DNA of 59,851 nucleotides, counting the filler, from Bipalium vagum (lineage: Eukaryota), in assembly GCA_037834085.1 (NCBI GenBank). It is 3 parts of 3 records of this genome, joined end to end, with 100 filler letters (N's around TTAATTAATTAA, not from the genome) between each part and the next. Parts side by side here need not be neighbours in the genome. Positions count along the whole stretch, not along the records: positions 1 to 26,966 come from JBBMKC010111138.1; positions 27,067 to 43,464 come from JBBMKC010113097.1; 1 more part is not named here. One strand, 5' to 3'. Positions within the stretch are counted from its first letter, which is position 1, and every line of letters begins with the position of its first letter. This document shows, in pieces, positions 24,955 through 37,283 of the stretch. Position numbers and translations under genes: made by a program. Below the pieces are notes generated by a model. It saw only the letters and a program-made list of their open reading frames with translations, did not search any database and was not told the DNA's origin.

Positions 24955-25177
24955 AAATTTCAATCTTTCCATTATTAATAATATCAATTATTACACCACC
25001 CTTCATGAAAGTTTTATAAACTTCATATCTGATATGGATTTGGGAGATTATTTTAAGAACTGGCAGTACTTAATTGGACTCAGTAATCTTGTAATGATCA
25101 CAGATACCCTTGGTATCCAAAGAGCTTTAGGTAGCGCATTATTTATGAATTGTGATCTTATTTCTGACCTGAAATCT
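24955..25177 (+). CDS. NIT-domain guanylyl cyclase, exon 3
   Basis: INYYTTLHESF...DTLGIQRALGSALF (second NIT G.ERA.G motif); TCT|gtaagt donor in phase 0. Confidence 0.9.
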
Positions 25178-26002
25178 GTAAGTTCTTTTCATTAAAATAA
25201 TTTATTAATTAAATTTTTATTAATAAAAGTTAAAAGTGCTTATGTTATAACTGAAAATTTTACGTATACTTTTATTAATAATTATTTATATCTTTATATT
25301 TTTATAAATATGAATAGACTTTGTGGGTGTTGTATAAAACCAAAATTTAACACGATTACAAGAAGTTTCTAGACATATAATCCCAAGAAAAAATCCCCTC
25401 GGAATAAAATACCTGAAGTATAAAAATACCATTCATAGTGAAAGGAGATTCATTGTTAGACCTTATATCTTCATATGTTCACATGGAAGTATAAGTATTT
25501 AAATTTAAAATTAAATTGATAATAGTGTTAAGTTCCTAAAAGTGACTGAATTTAGGTTACAAATAACGATAATGGTCTTTTAGGTATATATAAGCGTATA
25601 TGACTATCAGAAGGATTTATGAAGTGTAATTCGGAACCGTAAATAAAAAAGGATAAATGAAAACAAATCGAATCGAATACAAATATTTTTATTTGCAAAA
25701 ATGTGATTTTACAAGGGGGGTTTAAATGAGAATCATTAAATCCTTTCAAAGTTATCCTGTAACATGTGGAAAAGCCCTGAGATGATTTACCAACTCTAAC
25801 TGTTGTGTAAATCACAAACCAAAAGAAAAGTATGGAGAATGTAAAAACAAAAAATGAAGGTAATACTATTCAACAGTGATTACCGGAAAATTGTGGATTT
25901 TAAGATAATTTAAAATGGTCTGTGCAAACTATAATAATTTACTAAATGTAATAAATAATGAGTTAAATAATAATAATGAAAAATATTAATAATAATAATA
26001 AT

Positions 26003-26035
<33 letters not shown>

Positions 26036-26893
26036 TAATAGAATTTACTGCTTGCAAGGACATATAATATTTGTGGCTAAAGGAATTAGAATTTTGTAGT
26101 TGAAGTTTGAAATTGGAAATGTTGACTGAGGTTCAGTATTAGATTGTTGTCTCAGAATTCGTCTCTGGATTTGCATTTGAATTTATCTTTGAATTTATCT
26201 GTCTTTGAATTCGTCTGTCAATTTTGTCTGCGAAGGTTTTGTATCACTTGGTCTTAAATAGTTTTGTTTCGAATTGTTGACAGGAACTGAATTGTTATTG
26301 TCGTCACAGCTGATGATTGTATTGTTTTTGTACCAAATTTTATTTTTATGTTTTTGATTTCAAGCTGACCTTTTATATTGTATTTTCTAAGTTTATTCCT
26401 ATTTTTGTATTTCAAATTTTTCCTTTTTTAGTTTTTTGGGTATAAATTATTTTCATATTTATATTTGTATCACATTTTTTGCTAGATTTTTATTTTTAGA
26501 AACCTAGTCTTTTCTATTTTTAATTTTATATATAATTGTTTGTTTTCTATATATTTTCTTTAATTAGTAATTATTAATAGTAATAATAATAATAATAATT
26601 GTTGTCTCAATTTTATTCTTTTTTAGAGATTCTCATTTTTTACAATTGAACAAAGATAAAATTACTTTTAATACTTTTATTAAAATCAAATCAAAATCAA
26701 AAATTGTCACGATTAAATTTTTTTTTATTGTCAAATTTTTTAATTTCTCTTGAGTCTCCACAATAGAACAAATGAAGTCACGAATCATCTTAACGTACCA
26801 TAAAACTAAGTCCCTATTTTTAGTTAGTATTATATATTAGACTATTTCACGCAAAATGAGGAATGATGACCTTCAAATCATTAGTATCAATAT

Positions 26894-26966
26894 ACAGTCG
26901 GCGCTCAGTTATTTGAACGCTTAGTTATTTGAACTTTCAGTTATTTGAATAATTTTTTGAAAAATT
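26894..26966 (+). mobile_element. pogo/Tigger-type terminus cut by contig end
   Basis: TA-cagtcggcgctcagttatttgaac with three subterminal agttatttgaa repeats. Confidence 0.6.
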
Positions 26967-27066
26967 NNNNNNNNNNNNNNNNNNNNNNNNNNNNNNNNNN
27001 NNNNNNNNNNTTAATTAATTAANNNNNNNNNNNNNNNNNNNNNNNNNNNNNNNNNNNNNNNNNNNN
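26967..27066. other. artificial contig spacer (44 N + TTAATTAATTAA + 44 N)
   Basis: Exactly 100 nt; the core has stops in all six frames; identical copy at 43465. Confidence 0.97.
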
Positions 27067-27439
27067 TATCCTTATTTGGGTAGTTCTACAAATAAAAAAC
27101 AAAAATGTAAACTGTTCAATAAATTTGAAAAGGACTATATTTCTGAACCCTTACAATAATCAATTTTAATCCTGTGAGACGTATACATTTTTTTTATTAT
27201 TCAAAAACAGTCTTTTTCAACTGTCATCTTTCTGTCCTCATTCAAAAGTTTTGCAATAAATTAAAATGTGTTGCATTGGCTTATATAAAATGATTTTTTT
27301 CTGTGTTTAATCCACCAGGGTTTTTAAATTGAAAGTTCGTTTGTTTAAATAATATTTAAACCGTTGTTTTAATATTGTTTATATCGTCCTTAAGATCGAT
27401 GTCAAGTATAAACAATAATAAAAAAGTTAAATTATTTAA

Positions 27440-27770
27440 TGTATTTAGAAATGAATGAAAATTTTTAAAATGACGCTTGCTGTACGAGTGTTAAATGCCG
27501 CAGTGGCCATCAAAAATATCAACGATATTTACGGTGAAATGCTGGATGTTTGAAGATGCCAAAAATTGTTCGACTGGTGTCGTAATGGCTTTCTCAGTTT
27601 GGAGAACAAACCACGAGGGCATCGAAAATCTGTGGTGGATAATGATGTACTAAAAAAAACATTTTGTCGAAAACAAACGAACCAATCAGGCGAATAATCA
27701 AGACCTAGGTGCTGAATTAGGAGTTCGGACCCGATCGATCGACTCTACGTGGACGTTTAATCTCTGGTGT
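27440..27770 (+). mobile_element. mariner 5' fragment
   Basis: NAAVAIKNINDIYGE..CQKLFDW..GFLSLENKPRG HTH remnant. Confidence 0.75.
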
Positions 27771-28359
27771 CTTAAGTCATGGGACCCTGAGAACGATATA
27801 ATATTCAAAAAGCGAGGCTTGAAAAAAGTGCAAATAAATCAGCTTGCAATCGATTTAATTCCATCGGTGGTTGCTGAGAGTTACCACATACATATCTAAA
27901 ACACACAAAGGCTCTTTCCTACTTATTCTCTTCCTTAATATTCTTATCTCTAATTCAAGCCATATCATTACTGTATAAAATCCTTATCAATATTTTTATA
28001 AAATATTTTCTACATAGGTGTGCATTTGTACCGGTTACACACTTACATGGATATGGAGTGCATATGTGATCTTTATTTTTTTTAGTGTTTTGTGTTCGAA
28101 TATTGGATACGTAAGTGTGCTTATGCACCCTTTATTTTGTCTACTTCATATGGGGACACAGCTGATTGTCTATTATTTAAATAAAGAGTAAAATACATAT
28201 AAATAATGTTCTTTTAACAAAATGGTAAGTCAAGTAAGTTGAAGAGAGGAAAATTTTACAATTGGAAGGTAAAAGATGATTTGTGAACTTCCAATCCATG
28301 ATTCTTATATTTAAAGGAGAATGGAGGTGAGGGAATTGGGTTACTTCTGGAATATTGCG

Positions 28360-28660
28360 CCTAATTTAAATTCTTAATTAATTTAAAATTTTTTAAAATA
28401 TTTATTTAATTTAATTTAATATTAATTTAATTTAATATTTATTTATTTTACTTTTAATATTTATTTAATTTAATATTTATTTAATTTAATTTTAATATTT
28501 ATTTTATTTAATTTTAATATTTATTTAATTTAATTTTAATAATTATTTTATTTAATTTTAATATTTACTTAATTTAATTCTAATATTTGTATTAAAATTA
28601 ATTTTTATTGAAATAAATCTTATTATTTAATAGCACAATTTATTAATTTATTAAGAATGG
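28360..28660. repeat. AT-only low-complexity tract
   Basis: Degenerate tttaatatttatttaa repeats. Confidence 0.8.
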
Positions 28661-29571
28661 GAATTTTTTAAAGTATTATTGTTTAATTCAGACATTCAAA
28701 ATATATTGTCTGTTGAAACTGACTGGTTTTGTTGATATCGCAGCTAACAAATAATATATAAAAATATATTTAAATAAAAATATATTATATGTGACCTACT
28801 TTAATATACTTTTCTATATTTTATAAAATAGTTAATGAACGGTTAATAAATTCACCAACCATTTATTTCTGAAAATGCAATATTATATTAAAAAAATAAA
28901 AAGAATCTCCACATGGAATCAGTTTTTACAGTGATTCCATAACTTTATCTCTCCTTTTTCAGAAAATAAAATAAATGTATGTGGAAATATTTTATTTCAT
29001 CTAACTAAAATGTTATAAACCCCACAGAATGATATTTAAATTTTTGTTTTAATATATTAATAAAATATCCTAATCTGCTAGCTCGAGACAGAATTAAAAC
29101 ATTTTATATTATCTTCTTCGGTCTATGAAAATCTATGATAATAATAAATTAATTAAATAATTTCTATAAAAATATATAAAAAGAATCGATTTTTTAATTA
29201 TTTTAAAACATAAACACTAATTAATATTTTTTCTTTTTATTATTTATTCAAATTAAATTAATTTTAAAATCAATAAATAAGCATTACAAAAATTATAATT
29301 ATATTATTATCAAATTAATTATATAATATTACAAAATATTTTTATTTATTTATACACATATATATCATTTATTTAATTAATTATATTTATATTTCTATTT
29401 ACATTTATATTTACATTTCATTATATGTATTTTTTTAATTTTATAATCAGGTTTATATTGAATCCTTACTATTTATTTATATGTAAAATGTGAAAATGGA
29501 TTAAATAATTAAAAAAATATTTTAAAATATTTTTATATTTATCAGTTTTCAAAATTCTAAGAAAGAAAATT

Positions 29572-29704
29572 GGATCATGTTTTTTTTACCTTTTTAGGTA
29601 TCATGTTTTTATTTTAACCTTCCAGTTGCATCAAGTTTTAATTTTGACCTTCGAGTTGCATTAAGTCTTTTATTTGACCAATAAGGTCATAAAAAACATG
29701 ATCC
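29572..29704. mobile_element. 133-bp Merlin-like MITE
   Basis: TIR ggatcatgtttttt / aaaaaacatgatcc (GG...CC ends), exact 8-bp TSD agaaaatt, internal ~29-bp tandem repeats. Confidence 0.85.
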
Positions 29705-30861
29705 AGAAAATTTATAAATTTTTCGATCTCTATTTCTAATATTTAGTTAAATTAGATTAATTTAAAAAATATTTAAACATAATAAATTATTTGTAAATAT
29801 ATAATTGAATTAATTAATGTATATATAAATAATTTTTAATATTTATAATTATTTATTTTTTTAATATTCCAAAATATAACCAAAAATTCATAAGATTCTC
29901 CATGTATTTTTATCATTTAATCAAATAAAATTATTTTAAAAATCACTAAATTAATAATAAATAAAAATTATAATTATTATAAATATACATTATAATAATT
30001 TTTTAATATTAATGAAAATTTATTTTTGAATTTGAGCTGAACATGGACAATTTCATTCAAATTTCAAAGTTTTCATTAACAAAGTTGTAAAGGTGTGGAA
30101 ATAATATTTGATAATAAATAAAACAAGTCGCATTAATTAAAGTAATTAATATTTTGAAAAATTTTTGAAAAAATAATCCTTTTCAAAATACCCACCGTCA
30201 AAATCGATCTATTTTCATCGGCTCAAATTCATTCTTTCTTCACGAGCAACACTGACCCTGCCGGTATGGTGAACATGTTGAACTACGGTTTCGCTAACCG
30301 TTAAGAGTGGCGGTAAAGCGAATTCTGACTGCAATTTATTCGATGGACGTGTTGTACAGAGATGATTAAGAAAATGAGAAGATTGTTTAAAACGAAGCAC
30401 AAACGCATTTTCTAGGATACGCTGGAATATTGTTTTCTCTCTTAAGTCCTCAGCAGCTTTATGCTACTATTTTTTTCATTAAAATTGTTATATTTGTTGT
30501 TTGACCATAAAACATACTGTTTACGAATCCTGAGAGGTTACAAGATACTTCAAAATTAAAAGAGTTAGAATAGGTAAGCACTGGCAAGAAAAATATTTTG
30601 TTTTTATCAGAGTAATTCAAAAGATTACTTTGTTCCTTTTTAAGTGTAAACATGAAGAAAATTGATTGAGAATTCAGAACGCAATGAAGATTAAAGGTGA
30701 TAGATTTTTGAAATAATAATATTTTTTTTAAAAAGAAATTTTCTTTTCTTTTAAGAGTCTTAGGATAAATGCCGCCGTGGCGATTTTGACATATTAGGCT
30801 AATGGATTCTCTGAAAGTCGATCTTGGGTAGACTGCAGGTTTCCATTAGTATTGATCTGAA

Positions 30862-31434
30862 TGTATCTCGGCGTGGAGAAAGATTTAATGGCTATTAGGG
30901 AAAATAGCCGTCTCTAAGCTTAGGGATTGGTGATCCTAGACCAATCCCTACGAATATATAAAGAGATGGCTATTCTCAGAAATGGACCAGAAACTACGTC
31001 CAGAAAGACAATCAAGGATATTTTATTTTTGCCGAGCACATTTTCAAGTATATATTCGTAGAGGACGGTTCAAAGATATTGGCCGAGGACGATTCCAGTA
31101 ATTTTTCTCAACGCTATGGTTATGCAAACGGATTTTACAAGGGGACCCAGCGAGCTTGGGAACTCCTAGGCGACCTGAGATCTTTTGGTGAGATCGTTTT
31201 ATTTATTTATTTTTGTTATTTTCTGAAAAGTTTCTTTCGTGACTATTTCTTCTCATCTATTTCATTACAGCAGTAGTTGTGTTTTCTTTATCAATATTTG
31301 TTTGGTGACATTTTTCAGTTATTGGACTTATTAGAGGCTTATCTGGGCGATCAGTATATTAGGGATTGTGTTTTTTTTATCAATAAAGTTTTATTATAGA
31401 TATTTTTTGATTCAGTTCTTAGGGTGCGAATACA
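30862..31434 (+). mobile_element. LTR-like GC-richer island (possible solo LTR)
   Basis: TGTAT...ATACA ends, TATATAAAAG at 30955, AATAAA at 31382; no clean TSD found. Confidence 0.4.
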
Positions 31435-31858
31435 ATAGAATTATGGGTGTTTTGATTCAGATACAGTTGAGAGAGACGGACACAACATTTTATAAAAGAG
31501 AGGAATTACGGGTACAGGAGCACACGTTACTACGTCTAAGTATAATAGTAACAAAGCGATAGATTAGAAATGAAAGGTAGTAATAATAATAAAAAAATTA
31601 AATAATAATAATAATAATAATGAACATTCTTTTCAATTAATTCGATTAATAAATTAATATAAAAGGTGATAATTTTAAACATCGTTAAGTTGAACTTTCT
31701 AAATTAAGGTAATAAATCAAATAAAAAAAATTTTTTTATGTATAGTAAAATCAATAACAGAAACATCATTACTTTTGGAAATTTTTGTTAATTTATTTGA
31801 CAATGAAGAAAAATTATTATAAAATTTAAATATTGTTAAAAATATTAAGGCGTTTTTC

Positions 31859-31889
31859 ATTGGTCAGAAAGACTGAAATTTCGGCCAAT
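31859..31889 (+). promoter_or_regulatory. paired CCAAT boxes upstream of the Cys-rich gene
   Basis: ATTGG at 31859 and GGCCAATCA around 31885, 60-90 nt before the ATG. Confidence 0.55.
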
Positions 31890-31946
31890 CACATAATTAA
31901 ATTATCAAGATAAATTAGCATCAATTTACCCATTAAGCACAGAGAA

Positions 31947-32172
31947 ATGCAAGCCAAAACGTATTCGGCTCTATCGACAATTCTGTCTTTAATTGCTATT
32001 TCTTCATCGGATAAGTTTCAAGTTGTCGACCATGGTCCCTGTCTCACGAAGGGTCTCCATTATTGTCAGGAACGTGTGAAGAATAGTATTTGTAGTAAAG
32101 TTGCCAATAAATGCTTTTGTCAATCGAATTTTGTGGCTATAAGGGAAAAAGATGCGATCACTTGTAAACCAC
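31947..32172 (+). CDS. secreted/membrane Cys-rich (EB/EGF-like module) protein, exon 1
   Basis: Signal-peptide-like ALSTILSLIAISSS; six Cys in GPC...YC...SIC...KCFC...TC; C|gtaagt donor. Later exons not seen before the contig end. Confidence 0.85.
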
Positions 32173-34859
32173 GTAAGTTTCAAATCAATGTAACGAAATT
32201 TGTTTAAATTGATGGAATTAACAATTATTTTGTAATTATTAATTTAAAATATTTCTGAATAAATTTGACAAAAAATTAACGAAATTATAAAATAATAATA
32301 ATAATATTTTTATTACAATTTTTAAATAAATAATTTTCATTGGTAAAAATTTCTAGTTTGGATTAATTAAACAAATCAATAAAATCATACCATTTGTTTT
32401 AATGCATGGTTAATAATTGTTGATGAAAAATAAAATAATATTAAAAAATAAACTCCCTTATTTTTCTTAAAAGACAAATGATATTTTCTCATTTAATAAC
32501 GTCTGTAAAAAATTTATTTTTGACTTATAAAAGTAAAAAAAATCATTATGTAATTTTATTCTCTTATTTAATATTTAATTATTAAAACAATTATGTGAAA
32601 TTAAAAAAATACTTTCGTAAAATTATGAAATTTTTTATTCGTATTAATCATAAATATTAATTAATATTAATTATTTATTTTTTATTTTTATAATCATATC
32701 AATTTTATTTTATTTTATTTATTTTAATTAATAAATTTTATTTTTATATTTTAAATTTAATTTCCATATTATTTTATATTTATAAAAAAACCTTTAACAA
32801 TGGTAAAAAAATATTAAATATTTATTAATTTTTAATTTTATATTCATTTAATAAATTTTCATTTATATATATATTAATTTACATAATAATTTATAATAAA
32901 TAAATAATTAACTAAATTAAAAAATATTTAAAATTTTTTAAAAAAATTATAAGTACTTATTAATTTTTAAATTTCTCATTTGATTTTAAAATTATTAAAT
33001 TTTAAAAATATTTGGCGCCATCTAGAATTATATATTTCATTTTTCAATTATTACTATTATTATTATTATTATTAAAATCATTATTATTATTAACATTATT
33101 TTTATTACTTATTTATATTAATTATATTTTTTATTCTTCTTATTTTATTATTATTAATATTATTATTTATTTTTTTTACTAACCGAAAATATAGCATTCA
33201 TACGAAATACGGGTACCTAAATATTCTCCTATAAAATAATAAAAAATAAAATAACTACTTCCAAGATTTCAGGGAAATTCCAAAAGTAATTAAAACAAAA
33301 TTTTTATTATTTTTTAATTGCTTAATTAAAATTTCTCGTTACTGATATAATCCACGATAAATGACAATTCTCCATAATTATTTCTCGGAGTCTAAAATTA
33401 TTATTATCACAATAACCTTAATTAAAAATCAATTAAACGTACAATTCATTGAAGTGGAACGATTAAAAGAATACTGTTTCAAACAAACAAACTATTGCCC
33501 TGAGGAAAGTTTTATTATTCTCAACATAAAAAAACGTAACGAATTTCTTAACGAAAATGTGGCTGAGCAATCCGTTTCAACGAGTCTGGAGGATGTACCA
33601 TAAATCCTTTAGACTTCACTTTAATGGGCGGATCACAGTGGATATTTATATATCCATAAATATGAGCATGGCTTTTGATCTGCAGATCATTGAACTGGTG
33701 GGACATCAAGACATAAAATATCATTTCGATGACAGGGACCTTTCCACTGAACAACGTGATTTATTATATTGTTCATTTCGCTTCAGAATTTATTTGTTCC
33801 TTTTTCCCGAGATAAATTATGACATTTTCCACGTGAAATTTTATGGGACAATATAAACACATCAAAAGACCTATTTAAAACAATGTCACCAATCTTTCTT
33901 TTCAAAGTATTACGATTTTTGACGAGTGGAGACGTAAATGTACAAGGACATCGCCTCGTCTCGCTGCATATTTCCTTTGCAAACATGTGTTAAAATATCA
34001 ACGAGAATTTATTTTCCTAACAATGATTTTCTCCAATATTTTGTTTTAATGCTTGGAAATTGTTAATTATTCAAGTCTCCATCGAAATATTTCTGGTATA
34101 TTGGTGACTTTATTTTTAATGAATGAATGATTGGAAGACCATTTTTTTGGTTAACTTTTTGAAGGTTTTATTCTTTTCGATAATTTTTCCGGCATTTTCG
34201 GCTTCGAATTTGATAGGCTCAATGGTTGGGTTTATTTAACTTTAAAAGGAGATTAATCGAATCAAGGGAATTTTAATTTTAATTTTAAATTTTCATTCTA
34301 TTTATAATGTTGTGGTTTATTAAAAATAGTCAATTTAAATTGATGCAGAAAAACAAATACTTTACCATTTGATTTCATATTTGAAATCAATATTAATATT
34401 AAAGGTTTAGTTTTACCGATAAATACGTATGATGCCTTGGTCATATAAATTTTCTTCTTTTCTTTATGCTTCATTGTTTGAACTTTTCAAACCAGTCAAG
34501 TATTAAAATTTTTTAAAAAATAATTAATATTTTATTATTTAATTAAAATTTGTTAATAAAAATTTTGTTTTAAATATTAAATGTATTAATTGCTATGGAA
34601 TTTATTTGAATATATTTTTATTATTTTACTTAGTGTATTGATTGATGTATTGGTTGTATCAAAAACGAGGAAATAGGTAAATGAGGAATAAAATGGACAA
34701 AAGTTGATATTATTTGTGACAAATAATATATGTACACTTAACTCGAAATGATTTACCTTAACAGACAAGATAGGCTCAATTCTTCCCACGAGGGATAATA
34801 TTGCAGTGTACAAGTCTTTGATAGTAAAATGGAAACATTCATCGTTTTTTCGTTTTTCA

Positions 34860-35585
34860 TTTCGAGTTGATTTTTCAGTTTTTTTGTAATGGAAAACCTT
34901 TGCCTTAAGAGTACACTAAAACCAATAATCAACTAGTATGAGATTCAGTCAATTTCAATAAGGATATTCTGACGAAACAACACCCAGACTACATTTAACC
35001 CATTGAGCATATTCATAGATTTTAACTCATGAAGTAGCTGACTATTAAAAGGTTTTAATTTCTCTTCTTTTAAAATTCTTTGAACCAAGGCATTGAAATA
35101 TATTAGTTTCCCGTGATGTATGTTAGATGGATTTCTTAGCTTCAATATTTGCAATTGAACATTTAATGGTGGTGCTCCACGAAACCTCTTCATAAGTTTT
35201 GATAATGCAGATCATACCCAAGGGTAAATTTCTATGGCATTTGACTTCCTTACTTTAAGGGGAATTTCAGTATTATGGAATGGCACCAAGAGGAAATATT
35301 TCCCATAGTACACTTCCGTACGACGATACATCGGTGCGCCAGGAAAACATGTTTTCCATTAGAGATTCGGGCGCCAGTCAACGTATGGGCAGTGGATGAT
35401 GGTTTATGGAACTCAACAAGATATACAAATCCAAAATCAAAAATATTGACAATTTGAAAAAAAAAATCACCGAAGAAATAAAAAGTTTTACCACAGAAAC
35501 TTTGAATAGCATATTTTCAAATATTGTAAAAAGAATGAAATTATGTATACCAGTTAATGGTGGTCAATTCGAACAATTGCTGTAA
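34860..35585. mobile_element. rearranged Tc1/mariner (DUF4817-type) remnant
   Basis: N-terminal part on - (KRFRGAPP..QRILKEEKLKPF..QLLHEL); C-terminal part on + (KRMKLCIPVNGGQFEQLL*). Confidence 0.7.
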
Positions 35586-36248
35586 ATATTTTATATATGA
35601 AATAAAAATTAAAAGATTTGTCTTTAATTTTATAAAACAAGGGATAAAATATTTCAATCTGCTTAAGAAATATTTCTAATTAAATGTCGCTTAAAATAAT
35701 TCTAAATATAAGTAATACTTTGCAAATATTAAATATATAATATATTATTTATTTTACATTAATTAATTAAAATAATATTAATTAAAATAATTGATTAAAT
35801 GAGTTTCAGAAGATAGGAACGTTATTAAATAAAATAATAATTTTATTTATGATAAAATCTTAATAATAATATTTTTAAAAATATTTCAAACAATATTTTT
35901 CTTGCAATTATTTAAACAATAAACATATTTTATTGTTCAACGTAACGGATGATCACAAAAGTAAGAAAGATACGTTCTCTACAAAGACAGCGGTTAAATC
36001 ATGCGGAAATGTGGATTTTTTTTCAGAAATTTCCTTTTATATTATATTTTTTTAGTAAACGTTCGCTTAAACTATGAAAATAAAAAGAACATACGAACAA
36101 TCAATTTAAACAAAATATAAAAGCAACTCAAAGAAAAGAAAAACAAAAATATTTCTCTTAAGAAATCGAGTAAAATATTGTTTATAAAAAATCAAAATTA
36201 TCATTCATTTCTTTAATGTTTGTTTTAAATTAAAGAAATGATACAATA

Positions 36249-37283
36249 TTAGGTATGGGAATTAGTTCCCATCGGTTTGTTATAGATTTATTATTTTTAT
36301 TATAAATATCGTGTATTTGTCATTGAAAATAAATCTAAAAATTATATTGTAATAGATATATATCGTCAGATTTTAGATATCAATAATCAGTATTTGTTTT
36401 AACTGATTAAATTGTTTATTGATTTTATGGAAAATGTAAAATCATCATCATCATTTGCGGGAATCATTATTTTGTTACAATTCAAAGAAATCAACAGCTG
36501 AAGTCTATAGAATAATGAGAAAAACTTATGCTGACTATTTTCTGTTCTAACTAACATAACAAGAATGGTATCGATGATTTAAGACAGGTGGCTTTCAGAA
36601 TGTTCAGGACAACCAAAAGAGTACAGAAATGATGATTTACGTGGAATTATCAAAGACACGTGCCAAATCTTTGAAGAAATAACATAGACATTGAATGTTG
36701 ATAGGAGAACTGTTGGTAAACGGATGTACCCATTGGAAATTATCCAAAAATATGGAAAATAAATACTATATAATTATACTCAAAAGCAAGAAAATCGCAA
36801 AACCGTTTGCAAAATGTAATTAACAAGACATTCATTTTTGCATCGAATTGTAACTGGTGATGAAAAATGAGGGCAGAAAACCATGGAAAATGCCCGGAGA
36901 ACCGTCAACATCGACAATACGAAGATGAACGAACAGAGGTAAAGTGATGCTATGTATCTAGTGGAACTAAGCGAGTGTAATATACTTCTCTAGACGTGGT
37001 TGAGAGGTTCTACTTTACAATCGTACACATCAGACATAGCACCATCTGACTTCTACTTGTTTCGATCCATGGAGCATTCTCTTGCTGAACAGGCCTTCAA
37101 TTCCTGTGAAGAAGTCAAAGAATTGGATTGCTTCCTTTACTCATGAATCCATTCCTTGCCAAAAAGATAGCCAAAAGTTGTAACTGCCAACCTAAATATT
37201 TTGGCTGAAACAAATGTTTTTTAATTTTTAAATAAACGACTTTTTCCATAAAATAAACGATAGTAATAAATTCCTACTCCTAA
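36249..37283 (+). mobile_element. degenerate mariner
   Basis: TIRs ttaggtatgggaattagttcccatcg / cgatagtaataaattcctactcctaa; LHRIVTGDEK* and YTSDIAPSDFYLFRSM. Confidence 0.9.

Noticed and set aside
25400-26350. Possible non-LTR retrotransposon remnant after cyclase exon 3
   Set aside because: Compositionally distinct but no recognisable RT or endonuclease motif, and no cyclase exon-4 paralog.
30420-30460. Hammerhead-like CTGAGGA...GAAA with gctg/cagc stem on -
   Set aside because: Stem II lacks a closing pair and stem III has only two pairs.
30459-30653. SGFVNSMFY as TM7 of the class B GPCR
   Set aside because: Weak similarity, no supporting splice sites, and on a different contig from the GPCR exons.
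33361-33986. Overlapping short ORFs, possibly a Mutator-like remnant
   Set aside because: No diagnostic motif or termini I could confirm, so left uncalled.
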